Shown here one piece after another: positions 26,480 to 37,051 of a stretch of 54,696 bases of DNA. A model generated the notes under the pieces. That model did no database searches, was not told the DNA's origin, and saw nothing but the letters and a program-made list of their open reading frames with translations. Source of the DNA: a virus (Duplodnaviria; Caudoviricetes); the IMG/VR virus record IMGVR_UViG_3300049432_000174, positions 1-54,696 of that record, one strand, 5' to 3'. A program made the translations under genes and the position numbers. Each line of letters starts with the position of its first letter. Within the stretch, counting starts at the first letter, position 1.

Positions 26480-28557
26480 CAGAGCGTGGCCACGGCGTCG
26501 CCTGAGAAGTTGGCCCGTTCACCTTCTCGGCGGAGCTGTTCGCGGAGATCGTTGAGGTCGGCCGCTTTGATCGTGACCGGCCCGAGGAGGTTCACGTTGT
26601 GCTGGTCGTTGTAGTGGGCGACGCCGGGGGTGCTGGCCATGCCGGGGGCGGGTTGGGCGGTGGCGCCGACGATGGCGGCCCACGCCGGGTCCATCCCTTT
26701 CGTGTCGATCTTCTTCGTGGGGTTGGGGTACATCTTGGCGATGTCCTCGGAGGTGATGTCGATCCCTTTGTGGAGGGTGGCGGCCCACTGGGTGAGGTCC
26801 TGTTCGCCTTGCCGGGCCGACTCGGCCATCCCTTTGAATTTGCCGCCGATGCCGGGGATTTTCTCGGCCAGCTCGAGGGTGTTGGCGATGCCTTTGGAGA
26901 ACTGGGCGAGGGCGGTGAGGATCCAGCCGATCCCGTCCATGATCCCGTTGGCGGCGGCCTGCGTGGCGATCTTCATCCCCAGGCTGACCTCGGCCCAGTT
27001 CTGGGAGATGAGGTAGATGGCGAGCCCGATCAGGACGAACTCGGCGAGTACGACACCCCACGCCGTCGCCGTCGCAAGCGCCGACGCCTCCGACGCCGTG
27101 CTCATCCCCACCATGTTGGCCACCCACCCGGTCCGCATGGTGGTCCCGTCGGCCAGTACCTGCTTCGAGAACCCGGCCAGTTTCGTGCCGAAACTGCCGA
27201 TCGACAGGATCGCCTCGCCGGTCTTCCCGACGAGGTGGGTCTGCATCAGCCCGCCGATGCCGGCCAGGGCCGGTCCGGCGGCGGTCAGCATCCCGCCGTA
27301 CTTGGCGCCCGACTCGGCGGCGAAGTTGATGATCGCCGCTTTGGCTTCGCGCATGTGACCACCGAAGGTGTCGGCCATGGCGTCGTCGACGCCGTGGACC
27401 TTCCCGGTGATCAGGTCCATCTTCCCGGCGAAATCGAGGGCACCCGCCCCCAGATCCTTCTTGGTGCCCAGCGCGGCCACGTCGGCGGCGGACGCCTTCT
27501 TCGTGGCTTCGGTGACCTCATCGTTGGCTTTGCGGAGTTCGATCGTCTGGCTGACGCTCAGCTTGGTGGTCTTCCCACCGGCGGCCTGGGCGTCATCGAG
27601 TTTCTTCGACGCCGCGGTCACCCCGTTCTGGGCGGCCTGCAACTCCAACGCTTTGGCGGCGGCGGTCTTGGTGCTCCCGGCCAGTGAGGCCTGGACCGTC
27701 TGAAGATGCTGCCCCGCCTTCGCCAGGGCGGCCTGGGCGGCGGTGACCTTCGCCAGGGCGGCGGCGTCTTTTGTGCCCCCCGAGGTGGCCAGCGAGTCCT
27801 TCTGGCGGGCCTTGACATCGGCCAGGTTCTGCTGCGCCTTCGTGAGCGCATCGTGGGCTTTGGTCTGCTCGTCGACGTTCTTCTTCGCCGCCTCACCGGC
27901 CTTGGTGCCCTCGGTGAGGTTGATACCGAACTGCTTCATGGGCCGGGTGCTGCCGGCGAAGATGCTGACGACCAGGTCCGCGGCAGCAGCCAGGCTGATG
28001 TGGCGGGCGGCGCTGATGTCGGACACCGTCCCCGCATACTTGATCGCTTCCGCGCCCGACCCGAGACCGGCAACCAGACGAGCCTGCGACTCCAGGACCT
28101 CCGCCTTCGTCTCGCCGCTGTGCTGCTCCTCCTTCACGACGACCGCCAGCCGGTCCTTGTAGTCGTCGATGCTCTCCCCGATATTTTCGTAGGACTGCTT
28201 CAGTTTGGCGTTGGCGTCCGCTTGGGGTTTGGAGGCGGCCAGGCCGATCGCGCCGATGCCGGCCGCGGCCACCCCGACACCGGTGGTGATCTTCCCGAAG
28301 CTCGTCTTCCCCTTCTCGCCCATCGTGTCGAACGCGCCGGAGATGTGACCGATGAGCCCTTGGAGTTCCCCGAACTGGCCGGGGATCCCCGACGCCGACA
28401 TGCCGGCGGCGAGTCCTTTGAACGCGCCGCCGCCCTTCGCTGGCAGCCCGGCGAGCGCCCCGGTGAACTTCCCCATCTCGCTCTGCACGTTGGCGACGGC
28501 CTTGACCGCGCCGGTGCTGTCCCCACCGAGGACCATCCGCAGGGGCCGGCCGGCCAT
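26479..28557 (-). CDS. Tail tape measure protein
   Basis: 692 aa, Ala/Gly-rich helical, TM-like segment, position. Confidence 0.85.
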   Translation of the reverse strand: MAGRPLRMVLGGDSTGAVKAVANVQSEMGKFTGALAGLPAKGGGAFKGLAAGMSASGIPGQFGELQGLIGHISGAFDTMGEKGKTSFGKITTGVGVAAAGIGAIGLAASKPQADANAKLKQSYENIGESIDDYKDRLAVVVKEEQHSGETKAEVLESQARLVAGLGSGAEAIKYAGTVSDISAARHISLAAAADLVVSIFAGSTRPMKQFGINLTEGTKAGEAAKKNVDEQTKAHDALTKAQQNLADVKARQKDSLATSGGTKDAAALAKVTAAQAALAKAGQHLQTVQASLAGSTKTAAAKALELQAAQNGVTAASKKLDDAQAAGGKTTKLSVSQTIELRKANDEVTEATKKASAADVAALGTKKDLGAGALDFAGKMDLITGKVHGVDDAMADTFGGHMREAKAAIINFAAESGAKYGGMLTAAGPALAGIGGLMQTHLVGKTGEAILSIGSFGTKLAGFSKQVLADGTTMRTGWVANMVGMSTASEASALATATAWGVVLAEFVLIGLAIYLISQNWAEVSLGMKIATQAAANGIMDGIGWILTALAQFSKGIANTLELAEKIPGIGGKFKGMAESARQGEQDLTQWAATLHKGIDITSEDIAKMYPNPTKKIDTKGMDPAWAAIVGATAQPAPGMASTPGVAHYNDQHNVNLLGPVTIKAADLNDLREQLRREGERANFSGDAVATL

Positions 28558-29048
28558 CAGGCGACCTTCCAGTAGCCGGTGTCGATCAGGACCTGCTCCA
28601 CCGCGTCGATGAGTTCCTGGCCGATCTCGTCGGCCAGCTCGTCACGGGCCTTGAAGGCGAACCGGGGCGGCGCCGCCCCGGTCATGTGGACCTCGTGGTA
28701 TCCCTCACCGACGTGGCCCTGGTCGCTGAACGTCTTCTTCTTCGTCCCTCGGGGCGCCGGCCCGGCCGTCCCCCGGGAAGCCCGCAGGTAGGTTCTCCCC
28801 CACTCCTGAACACCGGCGTACGGTTCGTTCCAGTCGATCGTGATGCGCTTCTCCGTGACCCGGATCGTGGTGTGGCCCGCCAGGTTCCCCGTCTTCCGGG
28901 GGGCGTACACCGCGGCGCGGGTGACGACCCGGCCGGCCGACTTCCGGATCGACCGGCGCGCCGCGAGTTGGATCTTGCGGGGCGCGTCTTTGAGGCCCCG
29001 CATGAAGTCCGTGTAGCCCTCGATCTGGATGAAGTCGCCGCTAGCCAT
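28557..29048 (-). CDS. HK97 gp10-like neck/tail completion protein
   Basis: IQIEG..APRKTGNL..PYAGVQEWG..PRFAFKA. Confidence 0.75.
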   Translation of the reverse strand: MASGDFIQIEGYTDFMRGLKDAPRKIQLAARRSIRKSAGRVVTRAAVYAPRKTGNLAGHTTIRVTEKRITIDWNEPYAGVQEWGRTYLRASRGTAGPAPRGTKKKTFSDQGHVGEGYHEVHMTGAAPPRFAFKARDELADEIGQELIDAVEQVLIDTGYWKVA

Positions 29049-29141
29049 GGGCGGCCAACTGAGCTTTGAGGTCGTCGTGGGTGCCGGCCCGGGCCCGATC
29101 AGACAGGATGCGCAGCACCTCGTCTGTGACCTCCGCCGGGG

Positions 29142-29672
29142 CTAGTTCGATGGTGGCGTAGCTGACGCCATTGAGAACGAGGACAGCGGCGGTGAAGGTC
29201 GCGGATCCGGGGCCGTAGGGTCCAGGCCGCTCCCGTTGAGCGCCACGGCCTCCACCACGAGCGGATCGACGTCGTCGGCCTCGTCTCCCTCATCGTCGGT
29301 GTCGTCAGCCGGGGCCGCTGCGTCGTCGCCGGGGAGGTACTCCATCTCGTCGACCTCCTCCACGAACGTGGCGAACCGGGCCGGGAGCCGGCCAGGGTTG
29401 GCCCGCCGCAGCTGCCGCCACGCGAAGAACGCCATCCACTCGCTTCTTGGGAAGACGGACCCGTCAGGTTCGGGAGGTTCCTCCCCCGCTTCCACGGCGG
29501 CGGCAACGGCGGCCAGGTGCTCGACGGCCTTCCCGGCGGCGATGGAGATGACCGCCGAGCTGATCTTGAACTCCCGCTCGAACGCCACCTCGTCGGACAG
29601 CCCGCCACCGGTGGACCCTTCGGAGATCCACTCGTCACCGTTGAGCATCGTGAACCGCAGTTGGGGTGCCAT
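29142..29672 (-). CDS. Tail assembly chaperone; probable -1 frameshift extends it to 29041
   Basis: Acidic C-terminal region ending ..LDPT; open -1 frame PYGPGSATF..QLAAHG. Confidence 0.65.
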   Translation of the reverse strand: MAPQLRFTMLNGDEWISEGSTGGGLSDEVAFEREFKISSAVISIAAGKAVEHLAAVAAAVEAGEEPPEPDGSVFPRSEWMAFFAWRQLRRANPGRLPARFATFVEEVDEMEYLPGDDAAAPADDTDDEGDEADDVDPLVVEAVALNGSGLDPTAPDPRPSPPLSSFSMASATPPSN

Positions 29673-29692
29673 CGACCCTGAAGGTACGGAGC

Positions 29693-29700
29693 CGCTAGCG
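29693..29700. promoter_or_regulatory. Palindromic CGCTAGCG shared by divergent late promoters
   Basis: 7 nt to TACCTT on minus, 7 nt to CATCCT on plus. Confidence 0.7.
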
Positions 29701-29718
29701 CGGTCTCATCCTTCGGCC

Positions 29719-30156
29719 ATGGCGACAACTTTCAGCGGGACGTACACGAAGAACCTCGGCCTCGAAGCAGCGGCGGGGTCGGTGCTGGTCCGGGCGCTCG
29801 GCGCGACTGGCCCGGCCGCCGCGACGCTCAACGGCTCCGGCCACTACTCGACAGCCATCACGACCGACGAACAGGAGTTCACCGTCGTTGAGAGCGGCGG
29901 CGACTTCGGCGCCGGCCGTTCCTACACCGTGTCGGCCCTCCCGGGCAGCGCCGTCGACACTGGTCGCGACGTCGGCCGGACCGGCACCGCGGCGGTCACC
30001 GTCGGTCCCACCGGACCGGCTGGCGCGGTCGGCGCGGCGGTCACCGGTCCGACCGGTCCGACCGCCACCGGCGCCACCGGGTCGACCGGCGTCAGCGTGA
30101 CCGGGCCGACGGGCGCCACTGGGCCCACCGGCGCGACCGGGGTGACCGGGCCGTGA
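29719..30156 (+). CDS. Collagen-like (GPT/GAT) small protein
   Basis: [16 protein letters not shown]..; C-terminal Gly-X-Thr repeats. Confidence 0.75.
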   Translation: MATTFSGTYTKNLGLEAAAGSVLVRALGATGPAAATLNGSGHYSTAITTDEQEFTVVESGGDFGAGRSYTVSALPGSAVDTGRDVGRTGTAAVTVGPTGPAGAVGAAVTGPTGPTATGATGSTGVSVTGPTGATGPTGATGVTGP

Positions 30157-30593
30157 GCGTCACGTTCCTCGGCACCTACACCCAGAACGGCGGGCTCGAA
30201 CCGGCCGCCGTCGACATCTCCGTCCGTCCTCTCGGCGGCGAAGCCTCGACGGCCAGCGCTGACCGCACCGGGTCGTACGCCATCGTCATCGACACCGCCG
30301 AGCAGGAATTCACCATCATCGAGGACCCCGGGGTCGGCGCCACCCGCACGTTCGTCGTGCGGGCCGCCGACGGTGCCACGGTCGATACCAGCCGCGACCT
30401 CGGCCGCAACGGTCTCCCCCGCCTCACCGACGGCATCACCGGCCCCACCGGCGGTGGCGGCCATGCCACCACCGGATCCACCGGCGCGACCGGGGCGCAC
30501 CCGACGGGCTCCACCGGTCCCACTGCGGCGACCGGGGCCACCGGCCCAACCGGCCGGACCGGCGCGACAGGAGCAACCGGACCGACCGCCTAG
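30153..30593 (+). CDS. Collagen-like small protein, paralog of upstream gene
   Basis: [28 protein letters not shown] parallels [28 protein letters not shown]. Confidence 0.75.
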   Translation: MSVTFLGTYTQNGGLEPAAVDISVRPLGGEASTASADRTGSYAIVIDTAEQEFTIIEDPGVGATRTFVVRAADGATVDTSRDLGRNGLPRLTDGITGPTGGGGHATTGSTGATGAHPTGSTGPTAATGATGPTGRTGATGATGPTA

Positions 30594-30599
30594 CCCAAG

Positions 30600-32327
30600 A
30601 TGCGGATCGCTGTCTACGCCATCGCCCTCGACGAGGCGAAACACGCCGAGCGGTGGGCCGCGTCCACGGTCGATGCCGACTATCGCCTCGTGGCCGACAC
30701 CGGCTCCACCGACGCGACGGCCGAGCTCCTCGAAGCGGCCGGTGTCACCGTCGCCCCGATCTCGGTGCGGCCGTGGCGGTTCGACATGGCCCGCAACGCC
30801 GCCCTGGCGCTCCTCCCCGCCGACATCGACGTGTGCCTGTCCCTCGACCTCGACGAGGTGTGCGAACCCGGCTTCTTCGATGCTGTCCGGGCGGCGTGGG
30901 ATGAGCATGGCGGGTTCGGCCGGGGCCGCCACTGGATCCACACCGGTACGTGGTGGCGCGCCGAACGTTTGCATGCCCGCCACGGCTACCGGTGGGTCGG
31001 TCCCTGCCACGAAGTGACCGTCCCCTACCACGGCGGCCCCGAAGTCGCCGTCGACGTCGAGGCCCGCCTCCGCCATGTGCCCGACGACACGAAGTCCCGC
31101 GGCCAGTACCTCGGGCTCCTCGAGATGTTCTGCGCCGAAGCACCCCACGACCCGAGAGCGTGGACGTACCTGACCCGGGAGCGGTTCTTCCACCAGGACG
31201 CACACGGCGTCCTCGACGCCGCCGCCCGGGCCCTGGCCCTCCCCGGCGGGTGGCCACCGGAACGGGCCGCGATCTGCCGGTGGGCCGCCTGGGCCGACCC
31301 CGACCACGTCGACGAATGGCTCGCCCGGGGGGTCGTCGAAGCACCCGACGAGCAGGAAGGGTGGCACGCCCAGGCGCTCGTGGCCTACGCCCGGGGCGAC
31401 TGGGCCGAGCTCACCCGTTTCTGCGGCCGGGGCCTCGCCTGCCCGCCGGCGGACCACTACCTCGCCGGCCCCGCCTGGCGGCTCCACGACCTCGCCGCCC
31501 TCGCCGCCCACCACCAGGCCGACCAGGCGGCCGCCGTCGCCCACGGCGAAGCAGCCCTGGCCGGCAACCCGGCCGACGGCCGTCTCGCCGCCAACCTCGC
31601 CTTCTACCAGGCCGGTGTCCCCCGCCGCCCGGCACCGGTCGGGGACCACCCGGCCGTGCCCACCTACGTCGTCATCGCCTCGAAGGACCGGCCCACCATG
31701 CTGGCCAACCTCCGCGCCCAGCTCGGCCCCCAGGTCACCGGTATGTTCATCTTCGACAACGGCTACGACGTCGCACCGAAGGATGTCATAGCGGCCCATG
31801 GCTGGCCGCTGCACCGCATGTGGAACGCCGGGCTCAGCCTCGCCGCAGACGCCGGCGGACCCCACAACGTCCTCGTCATCAACGACGACGTCGAGGTCGA
31901 CCCCGACTTCATCGCCCGTCTCGACGCCGCCCTCCGGGTCGACCCCGACCACTGGATCGCCTACCCCAACCACCAAGGCCTCGCCATCGACCACGACGCC
32001 TGCGCCCGCACCACCAGTGACGAGATGGCCGGCCAGACGATCTCTGGGTGGGCCATGATGCTGCGAGGCGAGGCCGGTCTGCGCTTCGATGAGCGGTTCG
32101 GCTGGTGGTACGGAGATAGCGCCATGGAGCGCGAGGTGCGGGTGGCGGGGAAGCACGTGGTGTGCGCCGGCGGCTGCTTCGCCCGCCACCTAGATCCCTG
32201 CCGGTCCACCTTCACTGACCCGGAGCGGCTGGCCCAAGCGGAGGCGGACGAGGCGCTCTTCGCCGAGCTCTACGGGCTGGACCCGGCGACCCTCTACCTC
32301 GCCCGCGCCCGCCAGGAGGTCCGCTAG
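30600..32327 (+). CDS. Two-domain GT-A (family 2-like) glycosyltransferase with TPR-like linker
   Basis: IAVYAIALDE..DTGSTDAT..RFDMARN..LDLDE; second domain VIASKDR..FDNG..WNAG..INDDV..WWYGD. Confidence 0.9.
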   Translation: MRIAVYAIALDEAKHAERWAASTVDADYRLVADTGSTDATAELLEAAGVTVAPISVRPWRFDMARNAALALLPADIDVCLSLDLDEVCEPGFFDAVRAAWDEHGGFGRGRHWIHTGTWWRAERLHARHGYRWVGPCHEVTVPYHGGPEVAVDVEARLRHVPDDTKSRGQYLGLLEMFCAEAPHDPRAWTYLTRERFFHQDAHGVLDAAARALALPGGWPPERAAICRWAAWADPDHVDEWLARGVVEAPDEQEGWHAQALVAYARGDWAELTRFCGRGLACPPADHYLAGPAWRLHDLAALAAHHQADQAAAVAHGEAALAGNPADGRLAANLAFYQAGVPRRPAPVGDHPAVPTYVVIASKDRPTMLANLRAQLGPQVTGMFIFDNGYDVAPKDVIAAHGWPLHRMWNAGLSLAADAGGPHNVLVINDDVEVDPDFIARLDAALRVDPDHWIAYPNHQGLAIDHDACARTTSDEMAGQTISGWAMMLRGEAGLRFDERFGWWYGDSAMEREVRVAGKHVVCAGGCFARHLDPCRSTFTDPERLAQAEADEALFAELYGLDPATLYLARARQEVR

Positions 32328-32836
32328 TGCACGAATCTGTTCTCGCCTGGGGTGCCCGGATCGTCGCCGCCTACGGCCTCGACGTCGGCCACCACCACGT
32401 CCTCGAGGTCGGCTCCCAGGACATCAACGGGTCGTTCCGACACCTGTTCAAGGAGACCGGGAGCTACACCGGGATCGACCAGCAGGACGGCCCCGGTGTC
32501 GACATCGTCGGTGACGCCACCGACCTCGCCGGGATCGGCAACCTGTTCGACGTCGTCGTGTCCACCGAGCTCCTCGAACACTGCGACCGGTTCTGGGCCG
32601 CCATGGAAGCGATGGGTGGGGCGCTCCGCCCCGGCGGGTGGCTGCTCCTCACCGCCCGAGGGTGGACCCCCGAGGGGAGGGCCATGTTCGAGCATTCGTA
32701 CCCGCACGACTACTGGCGGTTCGGCCGTCAGGCCGTCCCCCTCCTCGTCGACATGGCCGGCTGCGACCTGATCGAAACCGAGCAGGACACCCAGGCTCCC
32801 GGGTTCATGGCCCTCGGCCGGCGCCGGGCCCGCTAG
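32327..32836 (+). CDS. Class I SAM-dependent methyltransferase
   Basis: VLEVGSQDING..GIDQQDGPGVD..FDVVVSTELLEH..LRPGG..DYWRF. Confidence 0.9.
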   Translation: MHESVLAWGARIVAAYGLDVGHHHVLEVGSQDINGSFRHLFKETGSYTGIDQQDGPGVDIVGDATDLAGIGNLFDVVVSTELLEHCDRFWAAMEAMGGALRPGGWLLLTARGWTPEGRAMFEHSYPHDYWRFGRQAVPLLVDMAGCDLIETEQDTQAPGFMALGRRRAR

Positions 32837-33246
32837 GGCTGCTTCACGTCGCCCGTGTAGCTCGTCCTGCGGTCCTCGTCGGTGCCGACCTCGTGGATCG
32901 TGTAGGGATCCCGTCCCGGGCCGTGGTTCGGGGCGTAGGGCTTCTCCCCGTCCACGGTGAAGAACTCGGCCGCTTCATGCGTCTCGACGAGACAGATCTG
33001 GTCGAACAGCCACCGCCGCCAGCTGCGCCGGTCGTACGCAGCGGCCGGGACGATGAAGTAGTGCATCACGCTCCGCTGCCGTTCGGGCCGGTAGGAGTCC
33101 TGGGTGGTGATGAGGATACAGAGCGTCAGGCCGGCGCTGCCCTGGCCCCGGTCCAGCTCCTCCAACGTGAACTTCCACAGCGGCTTGTACTCGAGCGTCG
33201 CCACCAGCTCAGCGAGGGCCACGGGGTCCGGCGCGACCTGCTTCAC
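32833..33246 (-). CDS. Hypothetical phage protein
   Basis: VETHEAAEFF..PYAPNHGPG; GTG start after major tail gene. Confidence 0.7.
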   Translation of the reverse strand: MKQVAPDPVALAELVATLEYKPLWKFTLEELDRGQGSAGLTLCILITTQDSYRPERQRSVMHYFIVPAAAYDRRSWRRWLFDQICLVETHEAAEFFTVDGEKPYAPNHGPGRDPYTIHEVGTDEDRRTSYTGDVKQP

Positions 33247-33248
33247 GG

Positions 33249-34217
33249 CTAGTAGCTCGGGGTCTGGTTCTTCAGCACCCAGCTGAAGTTGTCGCCACCG
33301 CCGACCTTCACGGCCAGCTTCGCTTCGATCTCCAGCTCCACCGGGCCACCCTCCGCCTTCGCTTCGGGGAACGCCACCATGAACTTGCATTCGGGGGTGG
33401 CGAAATCGAGGGTGTCGGTTGCCCCCGACTTCCACTGCTGAGCGACGGAGCCGTAGTACGGCACCGACGCGATCCCAGTGGTCCCCGTCGACGACCCGAA
33501 GACGACCTTGCGCCAGATGCCGATGTCGTTGGGAATGACCGTGAAGGCCATCTCGACGGTGAGGATGCCCGGGTACTGGTCGATCGGGGTGACCTGGAAC
33601 GCGGCGGCGACCGGGGCGAGGTGGTTGTCGATCTTGATGGAGCCCTTCTGGATGTTCGCCGATGCCCCGTCGATCGTAAACAGGCCGCCACCCATGTTGA
33701 AGTAGCCGTCCTGGACCCGCTCGCTGGCCGGTGGCGTCGGCCACGCCCCGCCGAGCACGGCGAGGGAGCACCCGTCAATCTTCGCCTTCGCCTTCAACGC
33801 CGACGTCTTATCGAACGACAGCTCGAGGGTGTTGACCTTGGCGTCGTTGACCTGGGTGTACTCGCCGCCACCCCGGCCGAACACCGTGAAGTACGGCAGG
33901 GCCGCACCTTCGGTGATCGTGTGGATATAGGGGGCGGTGCCGGTGACGCTGTCGGCCCCGCACGCGCCGAAGAGGAGCTGGCCGATCAGCCCCCGGGTCG
34001 CCACCGCGGTGAACTCGGCGCCGGAGCGGATCTGGGTCCGTTCGAACCCCTCGGTGAGGCGGGATGACCACGTCGGGTTCAGGTCCCCTTCGTCGATCTC
34101 GGTCTGGGCGACGCGCCCATCGAGGACCCCGAACATGATGGCGCCGGTCGTGGCCGGCGACGCCAACGCCGACTGCTTCCCGAGTGCGGCCTGGACGAGC
34201 CTTGACTGGAGCGGCAT
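33249..34217 (-). CDS. Major tail tube protein
   Basis: 322 aa; APYIHTIT..LPYFTV..KVNTLELSF..FSWVLKNQTPSY. Confidence 0.85.
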   Translation of the reverse strand: MPLQSRLVQAALGKQSALASPATTGAIMFGVLDGRVAQTEIDEGDLNPTWSSRLTEGFERTQIRSGAEFTAVATRGLIGQLLFGACGADSVTGTAPYIHTITEGAALPYFTVFGRGGGEYTQVNDAKVNTLELSFDKTSALKAKAKIDGCSLAVLGGAWPTPPASERVQDGYFNMGGGLFTIDGASANIQKGSIKIDNHLAPVAAAFQVTPIDQYPGILTVEMAFTVIPNDIGIWRKVVFGSSTGTTGIASVPYYGSVAQQWKSGATDTLDFATPECKFMVAFPEAKAEGGPVELEIEAKLAVKVGGGDNFSWVLKNQTPSY

Positions 34218-34220
34218 CGG

Positions 34221-34466
34221 TCAGTCCTCTCCGCCGGCCGACGTCGCCGGGTCCGGTTCTGGCTGTTCGGGCATGACGTCGTCGGCGGCCGGCGCGTCGC
34301 CGGGCGGCGGGTCGTCGTCGATGAGGGTGGCGTGGCCCCGGGCGGCCATCCCGGCGAGGACCCGTTCCTCGGCGTCGCTGGCCGGGGTCACCGGCCCGGC
34401 GGGCCAGTCGAACTCGTCGTCGCCGTCGCAGACGTGGAACGCCTCGTCGAGGTGGTAGGTCGCCAT
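34221..34466 (-). CDS. Small acidic structural-region protein
   Basis: Leaderless start after late promoter motif. Confidence 0.6.
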   Translation of the reverse strand: MATYHLDEAFHVCDGDDEFDWPAGPVTPASDAEERVLAGMAARGHATLIDDDPPPGDAPAADDVMPEQPEPDPATSAGGED

Positions 34467-34612
34467 GAGCCCGATGGTGGACGACGGCTAGCGACCCCAA
34501 GGCTCCCCGCCCCGGAGGAGAAGGGCCGTGCGTGGCCCGCCTGCCGGGACGGGGAGTTGACCCACCGTACCGCCCGATATCTGAGTTTGATCCGGCGAAC
34601 TGTCGCGGCCGG

Positions 34613-36697
34613 TCATGCGTTCACCAGGGTGACGACCAGCCCCGCAGCCCCGTCGGTGCCGTTGGATCCGGTGCCGACGCCGTTGCCCTTCGTGCCACCG
34701 TTCGCTGTGGGCGCATTGCCGCTGAACGTGTTGTAAACAACCAACGCAAGTCCGCCCCCGGCGCCGCCGCCTCCTCCAACATTCCCCGTTGCCCGGGTGG
34801 CGCCGTTTCCTCCGTTTGCGGAGATAGTCCCGCTGTTGACAATGCCCTTAGCGGCGATCATCAGGACGCCACCGCCGCCACCGCCACCGCCGCCAGCGTT
34901 GGTGCCGTCGCCGCCGCCGCCGCCACCGCCAGCGCCACCGAATACGGACTGATAGCCGCCGGAGTGGGTGACGGCTCCCATCACTGCGTTCGGGACGAAT
35001 CGGATCGAACCTTGGGCGGCGAGTATCTGTGTAGCGGCACCGCCTGCACCGGCTGTACCAGTCCCCCCAGCGCCGCCCGCCGCCCCGGCGCCCCCGAGTG
35101 CGTTGGATCGGCTACCAGCAGTCGCGCCATTCGTTGCCGACCCGCTGCCTCCACCACTTCCGGAACCGATTGTGTTCGCGGTGAGGGCGGCTCCGGCGCT
35201 CGATCCCGACGCATTATTGCCGTTGTGGTGGACGGCAGCGCTGGCACCGACGGTGAACGTGCCTTTACAGAAGATCCGGAACCCGCCCGTCTTCACAACA
35301 GCGGATCCAGACACCTGAGACCCCCCGGCAAGCAGGACGTCTCTGGTCAGCGTGTAGACCCCGCTCGAAGGGGCGAGGCCAAGGACGGTGGTCGTGCCAT
35401 CGAAATCGACGACCCCATCGGAGCCATCCCCAAAGATGGCATTCCCACCTCCGGCTTCGGCGGCAACTTCGGCGATGGCGGCCTGGACGTCGGTGGCAGC
35501 GATCGTTCCAGTCGGTGTGAAGGTGACGGCCGACGCTATGGGTGTGACGTACTCCAACGCCGTCGCCCCGGCGTTGACCCGGAGCACCTGGAGAGCGCTG
35601 CCCATCGACAGCTTCGACGGGGTGTCGTTGGCCGTGGCGGTGAGGAGATCCCCGGCCGCGTCGAACAGAGACTGCGCGACATATGTGCCCGTGTGCGCGT
35701 GTGTTCCGGCCGCGGCCTGGGCGGGGCCGGTGCCGAGCGTGCGGAGGCTTCCGGTGGCCGCGGCGGCGTCGACCGCCATGGCGTCGGCGCCGGCCGGTTC
35801 GTGGGACGCATGGTGAGGGAGCGTCGCTCCGGTGGGGCCGGTCGGGCCCGCCGCGCCGGTCGTGCCGGCGACTCCTGTCGGGCCGGTGGGGCCGGGAACC
35901 GCTGAATCAGCGCCGGTGGGACCCGTCGCCCCGGCCGGGCCTGTGGCGCCCGCAGGGCCGGCCACCGTTGAATCGGCGCCGGTGGGCCCGGTCGGGCCGA
36001 CTGTTCCCGTAGCGCCCGCTCCGCCGGTCGCGCCGACAGGGCCGGTCGGACCTTGTGCACCGGGGGCACCGTCGAAACCCATCACGCCCTGTGGGCCGGT
36101 GACCCCGGTCGGGCCCGTGGCTCCCGCGGCGCCGGCCGAGCCCGCGGAACCTGCCGTGCCGGTCGAGCCGGTGGGACCCGCCGCCCCGGGCGGGCCTGTG
36201 GCGCCAGCGGGGCCAGCCACCGTCGAGTCGGCGCCGGTCGCGCCAGTAGATCCGGTCGGGCCGGTAGGGCCCGCAGCTCCGGCGGGTCCGGCAGAACCAG
36301 CGGTGCCGGTGGGGCCCGTCGACCCCGTGGGGCCCTGGCCGCCGGCCGGGCCGGTGCCGCCGGTGGTCCCCGCCGCGCCCGTCGAACCCGTAGGGCCGGT
36401 CGTGCCGGCGACACCGGTCGGCCCGGTCGGGCCTTGCTGGCCGGCGGCGCCCGCGGCGCCGGTCCCGCCGGTGGGTCCGGTTCCGCCGGCCACGCCAGTT
36501 GACCCGGTCGCGCCGGAGGGGCCCGTGCCGCCGGTGGGTCCGGTCCGGCCCGTCGGGCCGGTGACCGTCGAGTCCGCCCCGGTGGGGCCAGTCGCGCCGG
36601 GCGGACCGAGGCCGCCGGAACCCACGACCGTGACGATCGGTTCGGCCGGGCCGATGTCGACGATGACCTCGCCGGCGACAAGATCGATGATGGTCAC
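34613..36697 (-). CDS. Collagen-like fibre with glycine-rich C-terminal domain
   Basis: About 270 aa of Gly-X-Y (GPT/GAT), then GGGGG-rich tip. Confidence 0.85.
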   Translation of the reverse strand: MTIIDLVAGEVIVDIGPAEPIVTVVGSGGLGPPGATGPTGADSTVTGPTGRTGPTGGTGPSGATGSTGVAGGTGPTGGTGAAGAAGQQGPTGPTGVAGTTGPTGSTGAAGTTGGTGPAGGQGPTGSTGPTGTAGSAGPAGAAGPTGPTGSTGATGADSTVAGPAGATGPPGAAGPTGSTGTAGSAGSAGAAGATGPTGVTGPQGVMGFDGAPGAQGPTGPVGATGGAGATGTVGPTGPTGADSTVAGPAGATGPAGATGPTGADSAVPGPTGPTGVAGTTGAAGPTGPTGATLPHHASHEPAGADAMAVDAAAATGSLRTLGTGPAQAAAGTHAHTGTYVAQSLFDAAGDLLTATANDTPSKLSMGSALQVLRVNAGATALEYVTPIASAVTFTPTGTIAATDVQAAIAEVAAEAGGGNAIFGDGSDGVVDFDGTTTVLGLAPSSGVYTLTRDVLLAGGSQVSGSAVVKTGGFRIFCKGTFTVGASAAVHHNGNNASGSSAGAALTANTIGSGSGGGSGSATNGATAGSRSNALGGAGAAGGAGGTGTAGAGGAATQILAAQGSIRFVPNAVMGAVTHSGGYQSVFGGAGGGGGGGDGTNAGGGGGGGGGVLMIAAKGIVNSGTISANGGNGATRATGNVGGGGGAGGGLALVVYNTFSGNAPTANGGTKGNGVGTGSNGTDGAAGLVVTLVNA

Positions 36698-37050
36698 GGC
36701 TCGTCCCGGGTGACGTCGTCGTCGACGGTCCAGGCGCCGGCCAGGATCGTGCGGCGCTGCCCGGCGATGATCTGCTCGAAGTCCCAGGCGTACGGCCCGG
36801 AGAGGGACAGGGACACGTCCTCGGCCAGCACCACCACGAGCACGCCGTTCTCGGGGTCGGTGGCGGTGACCGTCAACTCGGCGGAGACCGTCGCGGCCGG
36901 TTTGCGACGCAGCTGCGCCCGGTAGGTCCGCCCGGAGATATCGACTGCCTCGCCGCCCTCTTGGATGGTGACCTGGAACGTCGCCGGGTCACCCCGTCGA
37001 TGATGGACATCGAGGCGGCCGGGTCGCAGATCAACCAACGCTGCGGCCAC
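36694..37050 (-). CDS. BppU-like/Ig-fold fibre-anchoring protein
   Basis: [30 protein letters not shown]. Confidence 0.65.
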   Translation of the reverse strand: MAAALVDLRPGRLDVHHRRGDPATFQVTIQEGGEAVDISGRTYRAQLRRKPAATVSAELTVTATDPENGVLVVVLAEDVSLSLSGPYAWDFEQIIAGQRRTILAGAWTVDDDVTRDEP

Positions 37051-37051
37051 C

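Noticed and set aside
29039-29045. Additional CGCTAGC promoter (also GCTAGC at 7311, GACTAGC near 17226)
   Set aside because: No NANNNT hexamer at the 7-nt spacing or no suitably placed gene.
35820-36620. CRISPR-like or DGR repeats
   Set aside because: Repeats are Gly-X-Y coding repeats; no spacer structure, cas gene or reverse transcriptase seen in the window.
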